From a virus (taxonomy: Duplodnaviria; Caudoviricetes), in IMG/VR virus record IMGVR_UViG_3300033508_000175, positions 1 through 52,425 of that record: 52,425 bases of DNA; one strand, 5' to 3'. The position numbers and the translations under genes were made by a program. The first letter of the stretch is position 1. Each line of letters starts with the position of its first letter. Below are positions 7,392-15,464 of this stretch, in pieces. The notes below the pieces were generated by a model. That model was not told the DNA's origin. It did no database searches and saw only the letters and a list, made by a program, of their open reading frames with translations.

Positions 7392-10189
7392 TCCTTGGAG
7401 TTGTCGGTACCGAGAATCAGCGCGCGCTCGTCGTCCAGCTCGGGGTCTTCACCGTCGAACTCGGCGGCATTGCCTGCCAGGAAGTGCTGGCGGCCAGTGG
7501 CCTCATCCTTGACGATGGACCCGGCCTCGCCCGCCTCGACGGTGGTCAGCGTGCGCTCGGCGCGCTGCTTGTGGCCCAGAAGGGCATCCCACGGCACCCC
7601 AACGCGGCCAGACTTGTGCTCGGCAGTGAAGCCATCAGCACCATAGGCCAGCACCTTGCCGGACGTGGCCCCATGCTGCGGGTGATGGAAGAACACCTCG
7701 TCGTGGACGCCGACACCGTAGCTGGACGGGTGCGGCTTGGCTTCTTCATTCTCTGGCTGGCCGCGTTTGGCGGCAGCCAGCAGTGATGACGTGGGGATGG
7801 CCTTCGCAAACACATCAACGTTGACAACGGAAACAGCATCGGCATAATAGACATTGAGCGGCTCAACCGCCTGCTGAACGATTGAAAGGTCACAGGACGG
7901 TATCTGGTGTTTGAGGGCAAACAACTCTCCACCGGGATTTGAGTCGCTCTTTTTCATTTGAGGCGCAACAACATGAATCGACACAACGTGGTTGTGGTCG
8001 TCCTTGGCCTTGAACCGACTGGCAGCGTAAACCACGGTCTCACCATCGAATCTCGGGCGCTGCCACTCCCAACGCACCGGGTCTTCATTTGCGTCAAGAG
8101 CAATCGATGACGGCATAGTCCTCAAGACTTCCGGCAAAGCCATCACGTCCCCGCGCGTGACCCGCATACCGTCAGGCTTGCCAGACTTCTCGCCGTGACG
8201 CCAGATCACCTTGACCATGCCGCTGCCTTTGGTGGTGCCGAACTGGCGACTTAACCGTTTTCCCGTGACCTCAATGCGACCATCGCCAGCCTCAACCGAT
8301 GGGCCGTGCTCCATCTGCACACGAAGGTCGTCCTCCCCCATGTTGACCAGCATGGAGTCCGGCGAGGCAAGCGGGTACTTGCGCGTGAAGTTATAGAGAT
8401 CACGAAGGCTGCGCTTTTCCATCCGTACTTGGTGCGTTCGCCCGATGAATTGCCCCGTCACGAGGTCATGCTCGTCGTTCGCCTTGCGCATCGGCTGATC
8501 GCCAGGATCAGCCCCAGGATCGGCCTGTTGCTGCGCCTGGCCAGGTTGCTCATCCTCGCCCGCGTCATCGCCGGGTGCGCCATCGTCGCCAGCCTGGTCG
8601 CCATCTTGGCCGCCAAAGCCGGGCGCTTGGTCGGCCGATTGCATGTCGGGCCCTGGTTGCTGGGCGGCCTGCTGCGTCTGCGACCACGGACCAATCAGCG
8701 ACGGGTTCAGCGGAGCCTCCCCCCATGAGTCGGTTTGCGCATCCAGGCCCAGCTCGGCGCGCATTTCGTTCACCGACATGACCAGCTTCTTGAGTTCGTG
8801 CCGTTTGTCCTGGTCGTCCTCGTCCACGCCGGTCCAGCGGAACACATACGAGTCGCCAAAGTCGGCCAGGATGTAGTCGCTGAACAGGCTCTCGTAGTAG
8901 GCCAGCAGCGGGCGCAGGCCCGAGTCCTTGGACGCGGCCAGCTTTTCAGCCGTGTCGGAGCCGCCCAGCGGCGAGGTGTTGCCACCAGAGAAGCTGTCGA
9001 AGTTGATCTCGGCCGGGCTCATGCCGTAGATGGCGCAGATGATCGAGGTCAGGAATGTCATCCACTTGCTGAACTGCATTTCGTCGAACGAAACGCCGAA
9101 GTTTTCAAACGCCGCCTTCGACTCCTGATCCTTGGACACCAGCACCGGCACCGACCAGGCGTTGTTCACACCTTTGACCATGCCGTTCCAATAGCGTTTG
9201 AAGCTGGCCAGGTCGGACTCTGAATAATTGCCAGACAGGTGCAAGACGCCCTTGGGGATGGAGTTGTCCGAGAAGCCCCGGATGTTGAGCGTCATGGCAT
9301 TCAAAAATCCGGTCACCACCTTGACCAGCAGCTCAGTCTCGGACAGCCCGTAGCCAGACGCCATCACGTCGGTGCGAGGGTTGCGCGGCTCGTAGATCAA
9401 GCCGTTGTAGTCATAAGCCGTGCGGACGTTGCCCTGGACCACCTGAAGCGCGAAAATCTCGTCGTTCTCGCGGTAGCCCTCGTCGGTGCAAAGCCGGATG
9501 GTGGCGCCGTCCACAGCGTAAAAGCCATCAATGCCCAGCGCCTTGTTGCGCTTCATTTCCGTCTCGATCGGCGCGGAATCCATGGCCAGCGAGTCGCGCA
9601 CCGACAGCGCAATGAACTGGCGCAGCGACTGGCGGCCCAGGCGCTTGCGCTGGCGAGGGTTGAACTCCCAGCCGGTGTTCAGGAAGAACCGCTGCAACAG
9701 CTCAGTGGTCTTGCGCTCGTCGTCGGTCAGCTTGTGCGCCTTGTCAGCGTGCCGGATGACAAAGCCAGGCCCAAAGCCGGACTCTTGGACCTTGCAGAAC
9801 GCCTGTACCTGGCGCACGCGGGTCATCACCACAGCAGATAACACCGGGGTCTGTTCGACCATGCCGCGCAACACAGTGAAGTTCATGGCGCCAGGGCGCT
9901 CGACATACTCGCCCGTGATGGCGTAGTTCAGGTCATCCACCACAATGGACTGGACGCCCTTCTTGCCCGCATTCTTGCTTGGGAACGGCACGACCGTGCT
10001 GGACGCCTTGACCAGCTCCTGCTCTTCAAAGCCCTTGACCATGAAGTCGATCAGGGGTTTTAAGTGCTCTGGCGGGATCAGGCTGGACCGGTCAATGTGG
10101 GCGCTTTGCAGCTCGGCCTGCGCATCAAAGCGTTCAGCCTCGGGCGCGGACGGGTCAAAAGCAGTGGTGGCGGTGGATTTTTGGCTCAT
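7388..10189 (-). CDS. portal protein with C-terminal inserted BECR-like RNase domain
   Basis: Portal core (VDGATIR, YGLSETE, PKGVL, DEMQFSKW, SVNEMRAELGL) then acidic linker, RHGEK...TRGDVMALPEVL domain and a terminal beta-rich domain; lies just downstream of terL and the lysis genes. Confidence 0.85.
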   Translation of the reverse strand: MSQKSTATTAFDPSAPEAERFDAQAELQSAHIDRSSLIPPEHLKPLIDFMVKGFEEQELVKASSTVVPFPSKNAGKKGVQSIVVDDLNYAITGEYVERPGAMNFTVLRGMVEQTPVLSAVVMTRVRQVQAFCKVQESGFGPGFVIRHADKAHKLTDDERKTTELLQRFFLNTGWEFNPRQRKRLGRQSLRQFIALSVRDSLAMDSAPIETEMKRNKALGIDGFYAVDGATIRLCTDEGYRENDEIFALQVVQGNVRTAYDYNGLIYEPRNPRTDVMASGYGLSETELLVKVVTGFLNAMTLNIRGFSDNSIPKGVLHLSGNYSESDLASFKRYWNGMVKGVNNAWSVPVLVSKDQESKAAFENFGVSFDEMQFSKWMTFLTSIICAIYGMSPAEINFDSFSGGNTSPLGGSDTAEKLAASKDSGLRPLLAYYESLFSDYILADFGDSYVFRWTGVDEDDQDKRHELKKLVMSVNEMRAELGLDAQTDSWGEAPLNPSLIGPWSQTQQAAQQPGPDMQSADQAPGFGGQDGDQAGDDGAPGDDAGEDEQPGQAQQQADPGADPGDQPMRKANDEHDLVTGQFIGRTHQVRMEKRSLRDLYNFTRKYPLASPDSMLVNMGEDDLRVQMEHGPSVEAGDGRIEVTGKRLSRQFGTTKGSGMVKVIWRHGEKSGKPDGMRVTRGDVMALPEVLRTMPSSIALDANEDPVRWEWQRPRFDGETVVYAASRFKAKDDHNHVVSIHVVAPQMKKSDSNPGGELFALKHQIPSCDLSIVQQAVEPLNVYYADAVSVVNVDVFAKAIPTSSLLAAAKRGQPENEEAKPHPSSYGVGVHDEVFFHHPQHGATSGKVLAYGADGFTAEHKSGRVGVPWDALLGHKQRAERTLTTVEAGEAGSIVKDEATGRQHFLAGNAAEFDGEDPELDDERALILGTDNSKE
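7821..7848 (+). promoter_or_regulatory. antisense sigma70 promoter inside portal gene
   Basis: TTGACA (7821-7826), 16-nt spacer, CATAAT (7843-7848). Confidence 0.7.
7855..7954 (+). ncRNA. putative structured small RNA antisense to the portal linker
   Basis: 5' GAGCGGCTCAA (7856-7866) pairs with TTGAGTCGCTC (7939-7949), followed by TTTTT; two internal hairpins; begins about 7 nt after the -10. Confidence 0.6.
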
Positions 10190-10195
10190 GCACCC

Positions 10196-10211
10196 ATGGT
10201 GCAGTCACGAC
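10196..10211 (-). promoter_or_regulatory. late promoter motif (portal; probably leaderless)
   Basis: GTCGTGAC-tg-CACCAT, 6 nt before the ATG. Confidence 0.7.
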
Positions 10212-10724
10212 CTACCGCGGCCAGCGCGCGTCCTCAATGTCGAGGATTTGGTTCAGTTGGCTGGCGACCTCGGCGTACCAGGCGCGGCAGGTTGCGATGT
10301 ACCCGGCAACGTCTCGCTCTGTGGCAAACCGGTCATCAGCATCGGTGGGAGTGGCCTCGGGCGCACCCGCAGGCTGTCGGGCAGCGGCTGGGCCTGGCTG
10401 GTCACCACCAATGGCATCGAGCATCCGCACAGTACCGCTGTCAAGGCAACGGCGACCAGAGAGTAGGGCAATTTTTTCACGGGCGGTCCCAAGTTGTTGA
10501 TTGATGGCCACCAGCTCGGCGGCGTGATTCCCGGCTGCCTTGCTGGCATTGCGCGCCTGCTCGGCAATGTCGACCTTCAGGGCGTCGGCCACGACCTTGT
10601 CCTGCTTGGCCTGGGAAGCGCGCGCCAGGTCACCGCCCAGCGAATAAGCCTGCCAATGCGAAAAAGCCAGCGCAGCGACCAGGGCTAGGGCTGCCCACGG
10701 GCGCCAGTTGAAGGATGCAATCAC
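10212..10724 (-). CDS. Rz-like inner-membrane spanin
   Basis: N-terminal TM helix then helical periplasmic region; downstream of endolysin; contains a nested lipoprotein gene. Confidence 0.7.
   Translation of the reverse strand: MIASFNWRPWAALALVAALAFSHWQAYSLGGDLARASQAKQDKVVADALKVDIAEQARNASKAAGNHAAELVAINQQLGTAREKIALLSGRRCLDSGTVRMLDAIGGDQPGPAAARQPAGAPEATPTDADDRFATERDVAGYIATCRAWYAEVASQLNQILDIEDARWPR
10253..10480 (-). CDS. Rz1-like outer-membrane spanin (nested lipoprotein)
   Basis: GTG start MKKLPYSLVAVALTAVLCGC with lipobox; Pro-rich tail; alternative frame inside Rz. Confidence 0.65.
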   Translation of the reverse strand: MKKLPYSLVAVALTAVLCGCSMPLVVTSQAQPLPDSLRVRPRPLPPMLMTGLPQSETLPGTSQPAAPGTPRSPAN

Positions 10725-10771
10725 GGTATTGGCCTCCAGAAGTTGTCAAACCAGCGCTTTGCACGCCACCA

Positions 10772-11086
10772 TCAGAACACAAAAAACAGAGCCGTGACTC
10801 CACGGGCCATCTCGCTCTTTTTCATTGGCCTGCGGTACCCGGTATCACCGACCACGACGGACCCTTCAAAGGTAAAAAACGATTTCCAATGGGCGTCCAG
10901 ATCACCAGGCGGGACAAAAGAACTGAACACCCCGGATTGGTTGTCGTAATTTCCGAAGTGCTGCCAGTTCCAGTTTTCCTGCGGGTTTGCCCGCGTGCTC
11001 ATGCCAATGCAGATATACCCACCGTCTCTGTTCACGACGTCAAAGGCGTGCATGAAGCAGTTGGTCCTTTTGACGGGCTCGGACAT
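10772..11086 (-). CDS. hypothetical protein
   Basis: Co-oriented ORF filling the operon gap. Confidence 0.55.
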   Translation of the reverse strand: MSEPVKRTNCFMHAFDVVNRDGGYICIGMSTRANPQENWNWQHFGNYDNQSGVFSSFVPPGDLDAHWKSFFTFEGSVVVGDTGYRRPMKKSEMARGVTALFFVF

Positions 11087-11089
11087 GGG

Positions 11090-11281
11090 TCAAAACGCCG
11101 CAATCCGCTCGGCCAGCACAGCAGAGAGTTGGCACATCAAAGATAGCTGCAGGCAAAGCCGGGCCTGCTCAGCTTCAGGCAGCCCGTGAAAAACCGTGCA
11201 GCCGACGAAACCCTCCAGCTTTCCCAGACGGTCGTCAAGGTCCGTCTTTTCGTTCAAGACGCGGTGCTGGTACATCTGCAT
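11090..11281 (-). CDS. conserved phage helical protein (crAss001_48-like)
   Basis: YQHRVLNEKTDLDDRLGKLEGF...L..RIAAF pattern. Confidence 0.65.
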   Translation of the reverse strand: MQMYQHRVLNEKTDLDDRLGKLEGFVGCTVFHGLPEAEQARLCLQLSLMCQLSAVLAERIAAF

Positions 11282-11490
11282 CAGTCAAACCCCTTTTTAT
11301 GCGAGTGGGTGACATCGGCCAGAAAAGCAAGATTCACATCGTCCATGTCGCCATTGCCGTTCATGCGCTTGCGAAGCTGAGCCAGGCGGCGTGCGGCCAT
11401 GCGTTCGTCTTCCTCTCGCACGGCGCGCAGCTGCTCGGGGGTCAATTGCTCTTCGCACCGCTTGGCGGCTTCTGGTGTGATCAGTTTCAT
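11281..11490 (-). CDS. hypothetical protein
   Basis: Translationally coupled ORF. Confidence 0.5.
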   Translation of the reverse strand: MKLITPEAAKRCEEQLTPEQLRAVREEDERMAARRLAQLRKRMNGNGDMDDVNLAFLADVTHSHKKGFD

Positions 11491-11499
11491 TGGCTTAAC

Positions 11500-11682
11500 T
11501 CACGGGGTTGGTGGCAGTTCTGGCAGGTTGCGCGCGTATCGCGGGCCACCTTGGGCGTTTTCAAGCAGGCGGCGCTCAGCCAGCACGCGGTCACACTGCT
11601 CGGCGTGCAGGGCTTGCTTCAGCGCGGCGTTTTGGGCCAGCGCGGCGGCGAGCTGGGCGGCCAGGGTGTGCGGGGCGTTCAT
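11500..11682 (-). CDS. hypothetical protein
   Basis: ATG overlaps the endolysin stop (ATGA). Confidence 0.45.
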   Translation of the reverse strand: MNAPHTLAAQLAAALAQNAALKQALHAEQCDRVLAERRLLENAQGGPRYARNLPELPPTP

Positions 11683-12155
11683 GCGGCACCTATCAGATTG
11701 GAAGCAATGCGGCGAGCCCAGCCCTTGCCAAAAGCTGGCCACGTTGGCAGGTTGGTCATAAACATCAGGCGCTGCCCGGTGTAGCGCTGCGCGAGGTTGC
11801 TGGCAGACTGCGCAGCAGCCAGTGTCTGAGGGCCGATCACGCCATCCTCACGCACGCCCAAAGCACGTTGCAGCCACTTGATGGACTGACTAACACCGCT
11901 GTTGACCGCACCATCGAACACGTCAAAGCGAATGCTCACGGGCAGCTCGTCGCAGCGGCACAGCTTCCAATAGCCGTTGTAATAGACGCTTTTGGCAAAA
12001 TCCTGCGGCAGATCGCGCATGGAGCCTTGAAAGCCGTTGGAGCGAGCCACAGCTTCAGTCACGCCCCACATCGTCTGGCCGCCAGGGTCAGCAGCGTGGC
12101 TGCTGTATGAGCCCTCGTGGCCTAAAAGTCGAGTGAATGCCTGGTCAAAGTTCAC
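11679..12155 (-). CDS. endolysin, glycosyl hydrolase family 108 with peptidoglycan-binding domain
   Basis: HEGSYSSHAADPGGQTMWGVT, FDGAVNSG, DGVIGPQT, FGKGWARR. Confidence 0.92.
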   Translation of the reverse strand: MNFDQAFTRLLGHEGSYSSHAADPGGQTMWGVTEAVARSNGFQGSMRDLPQDFAKSVYYNGYWKLCRCDELPVSIRFDVFDGAVNSGVSQSIKWLQRALGVREDGVIGPQTLAAAQSASNLAQRYTGQRLMFMTNLPTWPAFGKGWARRIASNLIGAA

Positions 12156-12373
12156 GGCTTGGCCTCAAGGTTCTGCTTGATGAACCGCGTCACCAGCGTG
12201 CCAATGCCACAGATGGCGGCCAGCGCAGCAAACGTCTTGCTGGGAACGAAGGTGCTGACAAACGGCAAAATCTCATTGGCCAACTCAAAAAGCGAGAAAA
12301 GCGTGGTGGCAGCAGCCAGGCGCACGCTCCAGGCTTTGAGCAAAACTTCGCGGGCGTTGTCGATCAAAATCAT
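12152..12373 (-). CDS. putative holin
   Basis: 73 aa, two TM segments, MILIDNAR...AWSVRL...RFIKQ; directly upstream of endolysin. Confidence 0.65.
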   Translation of the reverse strand: MILIDNAREVLLKAWSVRLAAATTLFSLFELANEILPFVSTFVPSKTFAALAAICGIGTLVTRFIKQNLEAKP

Positions 12374-12383
12374 GGCGAGCCTT

Positions 12384-12734
12384 TCAGCAGTGGTTGCCGG
12401 TCGGGTCCAGCGGGTCGAGCAGGTTGTCGCAGACGTAGGCGGCCACATTGGCGCGCCAGGTGCCCGGGTTGAGCATGTAGCGCTGCAGCCGGTCGGTCAC
12501 CAAGTGCTCACCTTTGGCTGGCCAGTCAGCAAACAGGACAATTGCCAGGGTGTATTGGCACAGCAGATCGACCAAAAAGCCCAGCGCCACAAGCGGATAA
12601 GCCATCACCTTGAGCCCGTCGACCAGTCGCCCGGCAAGGTGCGCCCGGTAGAGGCCCATCACCGCGACGTAAAGCACCCAAAAGCCATATAGGTACACCG
12701 CAGCGAGTGCAATGCCGAGCAGCAGCGGGCTCAT
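12384..12734 (-). CDS. membrane protein
   Basis: Hydrophobic segments; ends LLDPLDPTGNHC. Confidence 0.65.
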   Translation of the reverse strand: MSPLLLGIALAAVYLYGFWVLYVAVMGLYRAHLAGRLVDGLKVMAYPLVALGFLVDLLCQYTLAIVLFADWPAKGEHLVTDRLQRYMLNPGTWRANVAAYVCDNLLDPLDPTGNHC

Positions 12735-13114
12735 GAACCCAGCCCCAACTTGTTCACCGCGTACATAAACACCATCATCAGCACCCCGAGAACACCGCGG
12801 TCAACCCAGGCGGAAGTTCGGTCCTGCTGCGGGGACTTGGTCTCCAGCACCGACACGCGGCCCTCGATCTTCTCCAACGCCTTGAAAATGCGCTCCATGG
12901 CGGCCAGCTGCTGGGTCTGGCGTTCTTCGAGCAACACCAGCTTGGTAAGGGAGAGGCTCAGTTCTTTGAGAGTGAGCCTGATTTCAGTGATGTCGTCACG
13001 AAGGTCGTGGCGTATGGCGGCGATCTTGGCGTCGATGCGGGAATCACACTCGGGCGATGGGCGCCGGTCGATCCCATCGCGGCGTTCAATGGGCTGGAAA
13101 TTCAGCTCAGGCAT
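12731..13114 (-). CDS. coiled-coil membrane-anchored protein (lysis cassette)
   Basis: Coiled coil plus C-terminal TM helix; GGAG RBS. Confidence 0.65.
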   Translation of the reverse strand: MPELNFQPIERRDGIDRRPSPECDSRIDAKIAAIRHDLRDDITEIRLTLKELSLSLTKLVLLEERQTQQLAAMERIFKALEKIEGRVSVLETKSPQQDRTSAWVDRGVLGVLMMVFMYAVNKLGLGS

Positions 13115-13151
13115 TGGGGCTCCAGTCGGTGGATTGCTTTCTCATGCCCAA

Positions 13152-13167
13152 ATCATCCCGTCACGAC
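13152..13167 (-). promoter_or_regulatory. late promoter motif (lysis cassette)
   Basis: GTCGTGAC-gg-GATGAT. Confidence 0.7.
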
Positions 13168-13346
13168 ACCCCGGCCCGCTACCAACAGACCGGGGGTCAG
13201 GCCACCCATTGCGACACACACCACACGGTGCTGGGCGGCTGCGCTCCTGAATTGCCTAGTTTTTCCCCGCTTTCAGTGAACGGAGGAAGGCCAACAGAGG
13301 GAAATCCCAAAACCCCTGCAGGCTGCGCACCAGGCACTGCATGGGA
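13168..13346 (-). ncRNA. putative structured late RNA (or 28-aa leaderless ORF)
   Basis: Own late-promoter variant, nested stems and a 12-bp terminal hairpin (13169-13195). Confidence 0.4.
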
Positions 13347-13348
13347 AC

Positions 13349-13364
13349 AGTGTGGTGTTACGAC
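13349..13364 (-). promoter_or_regulatory. late promoter motif variant
   Basis: GTCGTAAC-ac-CACACT overlapping the terL stop. Confidence 0.55.
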
Positions 13365-14971
13365 TCGGTACCGGCGTACAAAGCGCAGCCGGGGTCTTGG
13401 GGTTGGACGGAAAAATTGCGCTCGGTGCAAAAGCTGGCGTCCTTATCAAACGAGGCACAACGGCCACAGACGTCACCCTTGGGCAGCGCCGCAAGCGCAT
13501 CAAACACGCCGGGCGCCAAGTGCGACATAGACGGGGCCAGCATTTGCTGCACCGGATTCAGCTCATCCTTGCCGCTCCAGAAAATCTGAACCGGATCATT
13601 GCCAATCAGCAGCGAAAAGGCGCGCGAGCAGCCATCGACTTGGTCATCCCAGGTACCGTTGGGGAACATCCTCATCTCGTTGATCAGCGCATCATTCCAG
13701 TCAGCCTTGAGCATCATGACGTTGCCAATGTTGACCTGGGAAGCGAAAGGCTCGGCGCGCACCACCTTGTTACCCGTCTCGGGGGTGGCCTTGACAGAGT
13801 AGCCCGCCAGCTTGCGCACCAGGTACTTGACCTGGGTGAGTCCGGCCTGCCCCGGGTCTTGCGGGATGGACACCCGGCAGTTGGAGCCATCGCGCGCCGT
13901 GGCATTCACCAAGGCAGCATCACGCTCGTCTGGCCCGACACGCACGCGCACCATGTCCGCGATGATGATGCGCCCGTCCGGCAGCTTGCCCAGCTTGGCA
14001 CCAGCGGTCCAGTCGCCGGTAGTGGTGCTGGCGAAGTCCCAGCCACGGACCCAATCGATGGGGCCAACGGGCAGGGCCTCGATGATCGAAATGTTGTCGG
14101 GCTTGAGAATACCGCCAGACAGCGGCGACGGGCGCTGCATGTACTGGCCAGAGAAGGTGTAGGGGTCAGCCTGCTCCATCATCCGCAGGGTCTCGATCGG
14201 GTGTTTTTCAGGCCAAAGCGCATCGCCATCCTCGGTAATGGACGGGATGCAAAGGTGCTCCCACTTCTCCCCGCTCCCGCCTGCCAGCAAGAACCCGGTC
14301 ATATCGTTTTCGTGCAAACGCTGCATGATGACGATGATCGGGGTCTCGGGCGAGTTGGTCCGGCTGGCAATAGTGTTGGTAAAGCGCCGGTTGATGCGGT
14401 CTCGCATGGTGTCCGAGAAGGCGTCGTCGGGCTTGACCGGGTCATCGATCAGGATGGCACCAGCAAACCCATCAGCAGGAGAGCCTGTCCCAATTGGCAC
14501 GCGACCCATGCCGCCAGCACCGAAGCCGGTGATCGCGCCACCAGCCGCCGTGGCGTACAAACCGCCACCGACACTGGAAAACCACTTTTTCTTTGAGTCC
14601 GAGTCGGCACGCAGGGCCATCGGGAAAAACCGCTGAAACTCGGCTGACTTGACCACATCACGGATCGCGCTCGAATTGTCCAGCGCCAGGTCATCAGAAT
14701 AGGACAGGTGGATGAACTTGGCGGCCGGGCTGTTGGCCAGGCACCAGGCGACGAACATCTTCACCGCAATCTCGGTCTTGCCGTAGCGCGGCGGGATGTT
14801 GATGATCAACCGCCTGGTTTCCCCGCTGACAACCCGCGTCAGGGCGTCGATGATCTGGCCATGATGCCCAGCAACCATGAACCGTTTGTTGTACTGCGCT
14901 TTGAAGAAATACCGGACAAAAAAGCCAAAGTCGTTCAGCAGCTTGGCCTTGCACACCGCATCAGCAAGCAT
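13358..14971 (-). CDS. terL: terminase large subunit
   Basis: Walker A PPRYGKT, Walker B ILIDDP, MQRLH, nuclease GWDFA...DDQVD; extra C-terminal 4-Cys tail. Confidence 0.95.
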   Translation of the reverse strand: MLADAVCKAKLLNDFGFFVRYFFKAQYNKRFMVAGHHGQIIDALTRVVSGETRRLIINIPPRYGKTEIAVKMFVAWCLANSPAAKFIHLSYSDDLALDNSSAIRDVVKSAEFQRFFPMALRADSDSKKKWFSSVGGGLYATAAGGAITGFGAGGMGRVPIGTGSPADGFAGAILIDDPVKPDDAFSDTMRDRINRRFTNTIASRTNSPETPIIVIMQRLHENDMTGFLLAGGSGEKWEHLCIPSITEDGDALWPEKHPIETLRMMEQADPYTFSGQYMQRPSPLSGGILKPDNISIIEALPVGPIDWVRGWDFASTTTGDWTAGAKLGKLPDGRIIIADMVRVRVGPDERDAALVNATARDGSNCRVSIPQDPGQAGLTQVKYLVRKLAGYSVKATPETGNKVVRAEPFASQVNIGNVMMLKADWNDALINEMRMFPNGTWDDQVDGCSRAFSLLIGNDPVQIFWSGKDELNPVQQMLAPSMSHLAPGVFDALAALPKGDVCGRCASFDKDASFCTERNFSVQPQDPGCALYAGTES

Positions 14972-15461
14972 CTTCCAAGTCCTGGTTGATCTTGCGCAGT
15001 TGCTCCGGCGTGTGATTGACGACCTGAACCGCGTTGGTGTTGTTTATTACCAGCTCTGGAGCCTTGCCCAGCACCGACTCCTGGGTCCGGCCGAGAGCCT
15101 GCGCCGCCGACGCCAGCTCTTTGAACGATGCGTTCTGGCCTTCACGCTTGACCTTGGCTGCGACCGTGTTGGCAACCAGCATGTTTGCCCCACGGAAGAA
15201 GGTCTGAAACCGAGCAATTTCATCAACGGCTTCGTGAACAGCGTTCACCATGCGTTCATCATGGCTTGCAAGTGCTTGATTTATTTGAACTTGTGCGTTC
15301 ACGATGGGGGCGACATCCTGATCCACCCCTTTGCAAATCTTGTTGACCAAGCCAGCGCTGACCTTGTGCTTGTCGGCAATGTCACGCTGACTCAGGCGAC
15401 CAACGCGCCAGTCGATCAGGATGGCATCGGAAACCGCCTTGTTGACCGGCTTGGCTGCCAT
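14961..15461 (-). CDS. probable terminase small subunit
   Basis: N-terminal HTH (LSQRDIADKHKVSAGLV); overlaps the terL start. Confidence 0.7.
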   Translation of the reverse strand: MAAKPVNKAVSDAILIDWRVGRLSQRDIADKHKVSAGLVNKICKGVDQDVAPIVNAQVQINQALASHDERMVNAVHEAVDEIARFQTFFRGANMLVANTVAAKVKREGQNASFKELASAAQALGRTQESVLGKAPELVINNTNAVQVVNHTPEQLRKINQDLEDAC

Positions 15462-15464
15462 CTG

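Noticed and set aside
7945-7960. MKKS (and LQKS at about 48025-48036) as protease cleavage motifs
   Set aside because: Both are better explained as the antisense U-tract or terminator loop read on the coding strand
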